Below are positions 27,913-39,300 of a stretch of DNA of 64,000 bases, one piece after another. The stretch is from Lingula anatina (Eukaryota > Animalia > Brachiopoda). Below the pieces are notes generated by a model. The model was not told where the DNA came from, made no database searches, and saw only the letters and a program-made list of their open reading frames with translations. The stretch covers positions 3,596,001 to 3,660,000 of the forward strand of contig CM120642.1 of NCBI GenBank assembly GCA_051362555.1. The letters are read 5' to 3'. The position numbers and the translations under genes were made by a program. Position 1 is the first letter of the stretch. Every line of letters begins with the position of its first letter.

Positions 27913-28170
27913 GGCTTCATTCACATGCAATGTCTATTTTTTAAATTCTATTTTCTATTCGCGGTATGTCTTATGATCACGGTCTGTGCACTGAATATCC
28001 TGCTGCGTAATTACTGGCAGCGCGAGCCAGTTACTATAAGTTACTTTAAGTAACTGGCTCGCGCTGCCAGTAATTACGCCGCGGGATATTCAGGGCACAG
28101 ACCATGATCATAAGATACTGCGAATAGAAAATAGATTTTTAGAAAATAGACTTTCCATGTGAACGAAGCC
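27913..28170. mobile_element. Fully palindromic foldback MITE, PIF/Harbinger-like, TAA target duplication
   Basis: taa-GGCTTCATTCACATG...CATGTGAACGAAGCC-taa; arms about 120 bp, including a perfect gcgtaattactggcagcgcgagccagttact stem. Confidence 0.8.
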
Positions 28171-28508
28171 TAAAGCCAAATCTTAGAAATGGCAATACTT
28201 GCATGTGTAAATTAATATGCAAAACTACAGCACTTGAAGAAAATAATTTTATTGGTGTGGTTTTCCATCTCGCACACCAGTATTATTTTTATCTTTGCAT
28301 AGCTTCTCATGTTTCCCAATGCAGATCTAAAGACCATAAAAGTTAATCTGAAGCAATTCTAATGTCATAATCATATTTTATGCATTCCTGGCTTGCAATT
28401 TGATAGCAACAAGGTGCAAGATACAAGGCAGAGGTATCTGAAAAAACCTCATAGAAAAAGCATCCATAGCCAAAAATTTTAATTAATATAAATTCCAAAC
28501 TCTACAAC

Positions 28509-31500
28509 TTACAGACCACTGCAATCAACTATTATACGAATAAACATTGTATCGTCTTTGACGTATGCATGTCTGGAATCTTGGAGCTGACTAAGAGGAC
28601 AAAACAGAGGGCAACCAGAGGCGATATTCATTTCAGACGTAGGGCGTTTGAAGCTGGAGCTGGTTGGATCGGGTCTGAAGGCATCCAGGACATGCTCACG
28701 GTTGTTCTGGTCGATCATCATGAAAGTGACTTTTTGCTGAAATGGCCATCTCAATAGTGAATCATTTTGACCTCTCATGACGACAAAGAATAAGCTGACG
28801 TGAGAACCCTTTCCCATGCCGTCACCATTTAGGTAGATTCTGCAGCAAAGCTTATAACCTGTACGGCTTGTATAGAAACAAGGGGAGTACATTGATGTTA
28901 CACGACCACGAATGGCATCTTCTCTTCTACGGGCAAAGTTGTCGATTTTCCATATCATAGTGCCATCATAATATGCCAATTCCAAGGCCTGGATGCGAAG
29001 ATCTTGTTCTGCGAGAGCAACATCTTTGAGAGCAATGGCTCTCTCTAAGCTTTTGATGGTGCGTTCCTGGACGTCGATCCTTTCTCTGTCTCTGCGTCTT
29101 TCCCTTTCAAAGTTTTCAAGATGCTTAGAGCATTTTTCTGCCTCATTACCCAGAACAGCCATGATCCCTTCAAACGTTGCTACCTTGTTATCAATGACCT
29201 GCAAGCTGCTTTTCAACTGATTCAGAGGTGTGCTATTTGGCAGTTGAAGAGAACTTGCCACAGAGTTTCCATCAACACCATCCATTCCTCTCTGCCTTGT
29301 TTCAACTGCCGACACAATACTTGCCTCTCCACCGCCCTCTGCACCAGTCATGCTGTTAAAACTATTTCCTATTCCTGAATCCTCCATATGATTTGTATTA
29401 AGCTGCTGTACCTTGCGTTTCAAGTCGCCAATTTTGTCATCTAGATTATTCATTAATGTGTTCACGTCTCCCAGCCTCTTTTTGATGTCTTCGGGCACTT
29501 CCTGTGAACTCTCCACTTCAGTCAAGGTCAGTTCTTCCAACTTCACTCTTAGCTTGTCCAAATGAATGTGTGCACTTTCACATTTGTGCTTATCATACAC
29601 ATCTTTTTTAATCTGCAAGAATGATTATTGTTGACACACTTGAAATTTATTCAGAGGGAACAAAACTGTTATTCATTGAATTTGGTATACTAAGAGCACA
29701 TTCCCATAGATTTTAGATTGATCTATCCCCGTGGGGAGTCTCACTAGATTACTGTCAGATAATCCGGCTTAAGTGTCCATCCCGCCTACTACAAGCTGTA
29801 AGGAGGTAATTAACTTTTGTGACCGCTGGCAGCGGTCACAAAAGTTAATTACTGGTGTGGCTGACAGCTACTTAGCGTGAACCCCCAGGGAGTTAGGTCG
29901 ATCTAGTTGGATTGATCTAATCTCTATTAATGGGGTCTTAGATGGAGAGAGGAAAAGAGGGCACAAAACATGCATCTCTTGTAACTATAACCTTTAGTTA
30001 TTTTAAGTGTGCTCCACTACACTCTATTAAAATAGACAGGCTATTTTGAAAACAATGGAGCTTCCATATTCTCATTATTAGTAAGTTGTGTTCTGACATT
30101 AAACAGGAGATGTAATGTCTCATACTTACAGGTTCTGTGCAGCCAAAAGCACACAGTGCCAGTGCACTACCACAATTTCCAGATTGCTGCAAGTGTGTGG
30201 ATAACTGAAATTTTCAGATTTAAACTTGATTACTTTCTATGTGAACTTCCCTATTTTAATGACAACTGACTTCATTGACAAAAAACATGCAGAAAAAGGT
30301 TATTATAATGGATAGAGCATTTGACTTTAAGCCAAATGTAATGAAGAAATACAAACACCATGCTTTCTTCAATAATATCTTCATGATTTAACACAAGCAA
30401 ACAAAAATGCTTCCAAAAATTTTAATTTTTTTCTTTTAAGACTTTATGTTATAGATATTTTTCCATACACAGAAGAAGATAAACACACTATATGCACTGT
30501 CAATATCATACTTACATTTTCACGAAGCATTACAGATTCACAGTTCGGACAAGTGACACATGCTTTGGGGCATTCTGAAGGATGGGTGCTCTGAAATATT
30601 TAACATATATTAGTACGCCTAGGTTAATGTAGGATCATTCATGTGATAGATCTTGGTCCATAAGCTTATTGTGTGTGTTGATTCAACAAAGTGGAACTCA
30701 TAAATCAATGCCAGTGTGTGTATGTGTCTGTCTGTGTGTGTGTGTGAGAGAGTGCAAGCATGTGTTTTTCCACAAATTTCTTTTCTTAAAAAGTTTTTCA
30801 GCAACAAAGAGCACTTACAGCTCAAGCCTGTGGGATTATCATACTAGTAAATAAATATTCTTTTATTTTCAAGAACCTTCATTGTTGAAACATAATATGA
30901 TTTAGAATTGACATGGATCCAACATGCTGACTATGCTGGACATTAGGTCACATATATAACATAGACTTGAAGTTGAGGCCCAATTTTACAATATCATATC
31001 ATCACAACTCTGTTACAGTGACAAACCATCACAAGGAAATCATATTACCTGCAGTTGCTTCAGAGTCATCTGCAATCCACAAGACTGACATTGATCTTTT
31101 CTGTTAGGACAGCTCCCTTGTGGATGGGAGCCCTTGCACTGGGGATGTTCACAGGGTTTATGTGGACACCCCTCCTCGTGTTGCTGTAAGATGCCATGCA
31201 GAAATTCTTTTATTTAAAAAATGTATTTACTTTGTATAATAACGCCCAGCCATGTTGTCTGAAGCATGGAGATTTTGAGAGATTTGGAAATATTCAAAAT
31301 TTCTTAAAATTTGTTAAAAATCAAGAGATATCAGGGGTTATTGTCCAACTATCTCAAAAGTAAAATGACTTCAGAAAGGCATAATGAATTACAATCACAC
31401 TGATTTCTATTTAATCTAATGTCAGTACTTTTGCACAGAAAGATGGACTATCAGCATGTGTCTAGTAATGCACAGCACAGACAAAAAATAAAAATTAAAT

Positions 31501-32056
31501 TAAAAAAAGAAAGAAACTGATTTATTTTCACAGCATTACCTGCAGATCACCAAACTTTCCACTCCACTGACAGTTGCTGTAAGGACAGGTTACTTCTAAC
31601 TTTGCCATATCTCGGATTAGAGCAACATCAGAAAATACCTGTAAAATAAAAATATATTTCAAATGTCATTTAATTTTTGTATTTCCCATAAAACAATCCA
31701 AAAATGATCGGATGAAATTCCCTTGACACAGAAACTGTGGATATTTCTTTGCCACTGCGTCCAAAAAATAAGGAAAAAGAAAAATGTCTTCATTGGTTTT
31801 CGCCTTATTTGCAGTAATGAGCAAATGTAATATTTCAGCTGTCATAACACAAATATGAAGGTAACCACCCTTGGTGCATGTTGTCTTATGTATTTTTTCT
31901 CAACATTATTTAACTATAATATTCTACCTTGTCAATACTCAAAAGACTTTCATCTTCTATCACTTCATCTTCTTCTTCACATGCTGGGCATATTATACTC
32001 TCATTTTCACTGTGGGGAGAAATAATAATTGTTAGATTAAAAGTGTAGTGTTCATT

Positions 32057-32094
<38 letters not shown>

Positions 32095-32690
32095 AAGGCA
32101 GAAATTTCAATGTCAAATGCTTCATCCTCATCCAAAGGACTAGGTCCAGTAGTGACAACCAGTGAGCACTTCATCAGATTTAAAGTTGGGCACCAGTCTG
32201 TGCTAAAATATTTATATCTGTTTAATTATCAATTTATCTATTTGGTGCAACTACAAATTTACAATGACTATGGCAATAACAGTACTTAAAGTTGAAAGTA
32301 CAATAACAATGAAAATATAAGTATACTATCGATACAGTTAAGTTTCCTGCTGGAACTTCAGCCTAGCACTGTACCTGCTGGTATATTAGCTTAAAGCAGA
32401 AAGTGAACAGAATCTGTAATTCAGAAAAACTTCAGATTTTTCCTGGCAATTTGCATTTGGGGTGGGACAATTATCCATTGATCATTGAAGACTACTTAAA
32501 AAAATATTTACCTGGTAACTTCTCTCAGACATTCAGCACAAAATCTGTGACCACATGAATTCTGAACAGGTTTCTTGAGAAGACAACTACACAGAGGACA
32601 CAAAAACTTTTGATCAAGTTCACTTTTTCCTGTCAGAATGTCTGTTTTGTAGCCATGATGAGTCCTGTGACTGCCTATAAACTTGGCCAT
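28509..32690 (-). CDS. TRAF2: TNF receptor-associated factor 2-like; exons 32512-32690, 31928-32009, 31540-31638, 31049-31183, 30516-30590, 30130-30204, 28509-29612
   Basis: RING (CPLCSCLLKKPVQNSCGHRFCAEC..CPAC), TRAF zinc fingers, coiled coil (LERAIALKDVALAE) and a MATH domain with TRAF2-type DQNNREHVLDAFRPD and MNIASGCPLFCP. Confidence 0.93.
29691..29941. mobile_element. Inverted-repeat MITE in the last TRAF2 intron; same family at about 26360-26640, 48307-48530 and 59431-59703
   Basis: Shared sub-terminal motif gat(c/t)gatctat..ggg(g/a)(a/g)t.ctt; central perfect 23-bp-arm palindrome at 29807-29853. Confidence 0.6.
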
Positions 32691-34139
32691 ACTGCTCAAA
32701 CACAATATTTGTTTTTGTTTGCCACTCCAGCTGTAACAGAATAGATAAACATATTTTCAGTTGCCAATTATGATAAGCTAGTTTAATAATTGATAAATTC
32801 TTAGTATAATGTTTATTCACTCTAGTATCTTATTCCCGTTTTTTTTTTCTGTCAATTCCAAAGGTTTTGATTATTATTATTGTAATGACTCAGTCTCTTC
32901 AATGGGGAAAATTGCCAATGTATAGGCTATGTATACATTTCAATTTTGGTACCACTTAATAGGAATGTTTTTATTTTTACTTTATTGGTAAACAGCATCT
33001 GTAAAATTTTACCCACGTTGTACCTTTTCCAGCCTCCCACCCCCAAACACCAACTGGCACTACAGGCTGGTTGTAGCTACATTATTTATTCTAACAAATA
33101 CAAGTTTGTTTAAAAGAAATAGGATATGTTTTAGTGCATTTATTCGTGCAGCAGTGGGGAATATCATGACAAAATTATTATGAAATTATATTAATGTTTT
33201 TGCAATGATGTAACAAATGAACGTGAGGAGAGGACTGTAGAATCAAGAACTTAATCAACATATAATCAAAAACAAATATTAAATTTGTTGTGGCTGCTTC
33301 ATACAAGGCCTACCATACCAGGCCCACTGATCTACCTGGCACTGGGTATAGCTATAGTTCCCCATCCACCACAATATATGTAAAAACAGTTGAATCATCC
33401 ATAAAAATACAATGATATGTATGCATTTATGTACTTGTACAACATACCTACCAAAATGGGAGAATCTTTAGGAACAGTTTAATATGGTTGATATATCCTG
33501 CTCAAATTTTCAAATAAAATTCCAAAATTAATAAAAGTATTACTTTGACTATACAACACAATCTAGGGCAATAATTACAGTTACAAATCTGTAGAACTGA
33601 TAATAACACAACTTTAGTTATATAGAATTTACCCAGCAAATACAATTTTGACAGCCCAAAATACATGTAGGATCAGCCAGGGAATTTTTCTAAACACTGC
33701 ATGCATTTCCCGCCTCGCGCGGCGCGGTGTGTGAGAGCAGTTCTACGGCCGCAGTTCAACTGGTGTATGTTCTGGTACATAGGAGTCAATACGACTACAT
33801 TTAAACAGCACGTAATTTTAAGGCACTAGCACGCCCAGTGAAAAATACGTTGTCTCTAATATAATATACAGTACGTGCTGCATGCATACTTGGCCAAGCA
33901 GAACATTTCGTGCTTGTGTTTTGGATGTAAATAATGATCAAAATTGCACAAGATCAATAACAGAGCTTATCGTGCATCTCTCTAATGGAAAATATACTCA
34001 AAGTCATTTCAAGCTTACCGTATCGAGCAGCTTTGGTCAAATGTAAGACTGTAGATATCTCAACAAGGTAGATCTGACCATAGAAGTTTTCTCTAGTTCT
34101 CTGATCTGACACAAGAGAGATCGGAGTGTTTCGAGGAAA

Positions 34140-34262
34140 TGCGCATGCGCATGCGTTTGGGAAAACCCCTCAGACTCAAAAAAATCCCAGTTGCATGTGT
34201 CACGGGTTTATCCCTTGGATCCTCAAATATCATTGGATGATAGCATGAGGTGATGACGTCAT
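34140..34262 (-). promoter_or_regulatory. TRAF2 promoter: NRF1 site, kappaB site and CRE
   Basis: TGCGCATGCGCATGCG 34140-34155; GGGGTTTTCC(C) on the minus strand 34159-34169; TGACGTCA 34254-34261; minus-strand donor (GTAAG) of a 5'UTR exon at about 34018. Confidence 0.6.
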
Positions 34263-34284
34263 AACACGATTGCACAAAAACACC

Positions 34285-34351
34285 TGGGGCCGGTTTCACA
34301 AAGCAGTAGTTAGTTGTTCTAACTTACTACTGCTTTGTGAAACCGACCCCA
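34285..34351. repeat. Short hairpin or minimal MITE
   Basis: tggggccggtttcacaaagcagtagt ... tactactgctttgtgaaaccgacccca. Confidence 0.65.
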
Positions 34352-34469
34352 GCACATCTACAGCAATGCTGAAGCGAAGGCGAGCAAAAAGTTATCTTTT
34401 TAAAATTTCTGGAATCAGAAGCTTACTCTATTTTATTGTCTCTATCATAGAGTCTATGCGGGTATATGG

Positions 34470-35137
34470 CACCCTGAGCTTCAGAGCTAACTTGACACTA
34501 ACCTCTTCACTGTAGCCTATCTTCATCGTGTCAAGTAACCTCTGACGAAAATAGTTTGACCTAGTTTATATAAGCCAATCAAATCCATGTTTCAAAATTT
34601 TTCACCAAAGTTTGGTGAAAACGCTGATTGGTTGACCGTCAATCGGCAATCCTCGGCTGATTCCGCAAGCTCCATACTAACAACATAGTTATTGTCGAGT
34701 GCGGAGACATCCGAGTAGTTCCGAGTGTATTACCGTACACAAAAAAAGCAAGGCGAGTGACTACGAAAAAGAATGTGTTAAGTTATCTCTTGATTCTTTG
34801 CAAAATATGAGTAAATCGGAATTGAAACCATAGGGTCTAGCAGTTTGAGGCCCTGCATCATTATCTACTGAGAGACGATGTAATTTGCGTGCTGCCCACA
34901 GGTTACGGCAAGTCCCTGATATTCAGCCTTATCTTTGATTGGTCCGGATTTGAACAAAGCGCGCTTTGACTCGTTCACGTTCATTGGCTAGATCGTTTAA
35001 TGAGTCATTGAGTGCGGGCTTTTAAATTTGATTGGCGGGCGGCGGAGGCAATCGAATCTGGTCAGAGGTTACTTGACACGATGAAGATAGGCTACAGTGA
35101 AGAGGTTAGTGTCAAGTTAGCTCTGAAGCTCAGGGTG
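34470..35137. mobile_element. 668-bp non-autonomous DNA transposon with 77-bp TIRs and 8-bp TSD GTATATGG (P- or hAT-like)
   Basis: TIR 34470-34546 is the reverse complement of 35061-35137; GTATATGG at 34462-34469 and 35138-35145; CA...TG termini. Confidence 0.92.
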
Positions 35138-35884
35138 GTATATGGGGACTTTACGACATTCAGTTTGAATGCTTAAATCACTTTTGATAGGGCTTTTTTG
35201 CATTGTATTAGATTAATGTGGCAGTCTAAGGTTGTTCTAGGTGGTTTTCAAATTTATGCACCCGGTTTTAAAATCATATAGCGATTTGACGACAATCGTT
35301 TACTATCCAAACAAGGTGACAGCCGAGCGTGATCCAATCAAGGTGACAGCCGAGCGTGCGCCAGCTATTTAAAGCAACTACTACATCGATCACATAAAGA
35401 CCTGTCAAACGGCTGATAGAATTTTCTCACTTATAGCTGACGACAAAACTACACTACTCTACATAATTTTATAAAGCAGCCTACGAAAGTATAAATATGA
35501 AGTACGGGGTGAAAATAAGCCAGCCTGACGTCATGAGTAAATAGGGCCTGCAATAAGAGCAAAGTGCTACTTCAAGCAGGCGGGATAAATCATTTCTACT
35601 GGAATACCCCTTCTTTTCTACAGTTTCAGAAAAAACTGCAAATGTTTATTACTAATAATAGGCCTATAAAAACCGGAAATCTTTGCCTGCCTTGTTTACA
35701 CATACTTATTTACATATATATGGGTCAAGGGACTTACAAATAAATATAAGGCCTAAAGACTTGAAAAGAGTGCAATGCGCGTAAATTTACCCTTATATCA
35801 AAAATCAATTTACATATTTAAGCAATCTGCCGATTATTGCGAAATGTACACTGTAAATCTGTTTTCGAGATCTTTTAATTATCT

Positions 35885-36282
35885 TTTTTTTATTAAACAT
35901 ATACAAACACAATACAACACATTACAATATATACAAACATACAAGATCATGTAATACATCACAGAATCAGACAAAGCATATTACATTACAAATAGCCTAC
36001 CAAAAGATACACTATATCAGTACAGTATTGTAACTTAATACAATACATACACGTTCATGGGTGCACAGTCACTGGAATATTATTTTAATATTGTAGAACG
36101 TACAATACAATATATACAAAAACCTACAGAAGGCTACATTACAGAAGATCCAAACTGAACAATACGTAACAAAGCAAGGTGATACTATGCGCCAGTATAC
36201 AAACTAGAGACATTAATGGTTGTGTATCTTAATATAATACATGCACATAACATCTGAAATATTGTGTTAGCCCTACCCAAGT

Positions 36283-36315
<33 letters not shown>

Positions 36316-36375
36316 CGGATCTGGACCTGTATATGCTTATGTATTTCTTAGTTATCAATATAAGTAAAAACAAGC
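35885..36375 (-). mobile_element. 3' end of the L1/Tx1-like LINE (ORF2 tail, GT-rich 3'UTR, AATAAA with short A tail), separated from its body by the PAT-like insertion
   Basis: Minus strand reads LLILITKKYI, resembling the ILxxKxYI motif downstream of zf-RVT, and ends in tttaataaaaaaaa at about 35885. Confidence 0.6.
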
Positions 36376-39300
36376 ATATAATTCTATTCGGTTGAGCGAA
36401 GTGAATAAGAATGGAATTATTTTCTCCTACGGGGCGACACTGTATATATTGTGTTAGTTGTGATACTGGTAAGAATTGTGGGTAAGTTACGACAGTTGTT
36501 CATTCGACCAGTTATCGCAGACCAGTTGACACGTAAATTTTGGAGCGCGCATTTTTCAGTGGTGTCGAAGGGCGTTTCGCTAATACAAATACTAGAGTCC
36601 GTGCAGTCGCAGGCGGAATCGATAAAAGTCCTAGAGGCTCAAGTAACTTCTGAGTTGGAAATCTTAATGAGCGAATTAGGCCTACATGGTTTTATCTAAC
36701 AAAGATTAAGACCGAGGTTTCAATCAAATGCCGTCAAGAAGGCAACCGCATTCAGTTTGATTTCGATACTGAATTAGAAGAGTTGTTGTCTTAGGTGGGA
36801 CACTGTCCGCATTTATGAAGCCAATACTTTGGTCAGTGACACTGAGGATGCAACGAAAGTTAACAGAGCGGAAAGCAAGGCATTGAAAAAGTGTAAATTG
36901 AGCAAACCTATTTCGAAGGGAGGTCATGGCTCCAGCAAATCTAACGTTAGTAGTACTTATCCTGTTTACTGTGCTCAGCCTATTTTTCGTGGACAACTAT
37001 GGGCGTTTCCCTGTGTTGCACCAGGAGCGGTCAATCCTGGTTCTTTCACGCCACCAGCCACTTCTTCTGCTGTCAGCCCCTACGGACAAGGAAGGAGCAG
37101 GTCGTGTTTTGCGTGTGGGTCCTTCGGCCATTGTAGGAGAGATTGTCCTTAGACTAAAACACCAGGAAGTGCACCAGGATTCTCAAAAACCAATCGTCCG
37201 TGATTTTGTTAAAGATGAGTATTGCTTTGATGTGAAATATGATAGATTATTTTTTTACTATCGATTATTTTGAGCACGAGCAAGGCAATGTAGATATCTG
37301 AGTTAAAGGCAGGCTAAGAAGTAAATTAGCATTTTGAAAAAGTATTGACACATAAATCTATTCTTGATTTTTTAGAAAATGGATACAAGCTTCCTTTTTT
37401 TTCTATACCCGCATCAGTTCGTTTGGATAACAATAGATCTGCTATTTTGCATAGTGCATTTGTTGAGCAGGCAATACAAGATTTATTGGTCAGAGGCTTT
37501 ATTAGTGAGTGCTCAGATTTATCTGTTGAAGTTAACCCGCTTACAGTGGCCATTAGCAGTAGCGGTAAAAAGCAGTTAATTTTTAGATTTGCGGCATGTT
37601 AATAAACATCTTTTGAAATTTTCAGTAAAATTTGAAGAAATTCGTAATGTTTTATTTAAAACGGAGATTTTTGTTTTCTTGGAAATTTGGAAATACTTCC
37701 AAAATTTTTATATTTAAAATTTTAACATTTGGTCTCAGTTCGGCATGCTATATTTTTTACTAAAGTGACCAGGCTGCTAGTTAAAAAGTGGCGAGGAGAA
37801 GGAAATAAAGTGGTTATGTATTTAGATGATGGTTTTGGTTGTCATTCGCAGTACAGCGAATGTAAGAATATTGCTTTGAATTAAGCAAGATCTTATCAAC
37901 AGCGGGGTTGTTCCTAAAGTTGAAAAATCAACGTGGTTTCCTAGTGCTGAGATTTTTTTAGGGTATAAATTGAATTTAGAGAAAAGCACTTTATGTATTC
38001 TGATTACAGACTTCTTAAAATTCGTTAGACTATAACGGATATTCGTTCTCTGTTTAGAGGAAAAGGCAGCGTTTATGTGCGTTTAGTTGCTAGTTTAGAA
38101 GGTCAGATCATTTCTATGTCTTTTGTTACTTGCAATATGGTTTATATTATGACAAAATGTCTGAGTTTTGATATTTCTAAAGCTAAATGTTGGAATGAAC
38201 AAATTGTTTTGAGCAGAAACAATATGAAGCAAATGGAACTTTGGGTATCTAATGTATGCAAGATTTCTGTAAGTATATGCAGATCAAATCAGCAGATTAG
38301 TAGACTATGATGATTGGGCGGTGGCAGATAGTATTTTCGATTATTTATATTCAGTCTAGGGGCCGCATGAAGTTGAATTTTTCTTGCCTCCGATCATAAC
38401 AATAAATTGCCAGTTTTTTAATCCTAGATATTGGACTCCTGGTGCGGTGGGCACTGATGCATTTACTGTTCATTGGGGTGGTATGAATGGTTGGTTTGTG
38501 CCCCCGATGTGTGTATTATCTAGAGTTATACTGTATTTATATTAATGCAATGCAAGGCTTGTGGCACGGTGATTTTGCCTTGTTGGCACTCAGTAGTTTT
38601 TGGCCTTTATTATCTAAAGGCAGGTGTTTATAAAGGAAGCTGTAGCATATGTAGAATTACCGAGAGAAAAAGCTTATGTTCCTGGAGGTTTGTTTGGTAG
38701 AATGGATTTGCCGTTTAAAATGCTGGCAGTCAGATTTGATTTTTCTTAATAAATGAAAGTGATTTTAAATTTTGTTTTTGCAGGCTTATAAAGATGACAT
38801 TTCTGAGCTTCCTGACAAGTTGGCTGGTAAAATGCCATTGGTTGCTGAATTTTTTGTCTGAGAGTCGGTCATCGAACACAGTCAAGGGTTATTATTCAGC
38901 TTTCATGCGATGGAAATTATGGGCGAAGAAGAACGGCAATCAAGGGAATTTCCCGGCAAAAGGTTTTCCTGTTGCTTAGCAGAACAGTCCAATTCTTCTA
39001 GTCCTGTTTATCAGGCTTTTTACGGGCTTAAATGGTTTTATATATATGCCATTATAAGCGCAGAGTCTCCAACAGACTCTAATTTAGTAAAAATCGTGTT
39101 GGAAGGTATATAAGAGGCGCAAATCACAGCCAGTTTGCAAAAAGGAGCCCATATCTCCAGATATTTTGGAAAAATGTTTGATGCAAATTTTGAAGAAGGA
39201 ATGTGTATTCTTAATGTGCTATATGTGCTTGCTTGCTTTTTTATGCAGGCGTTCTTCGAGTTTTAGAGCTGTTAAATTTAAGGATTAGCGATGTTTCTTT

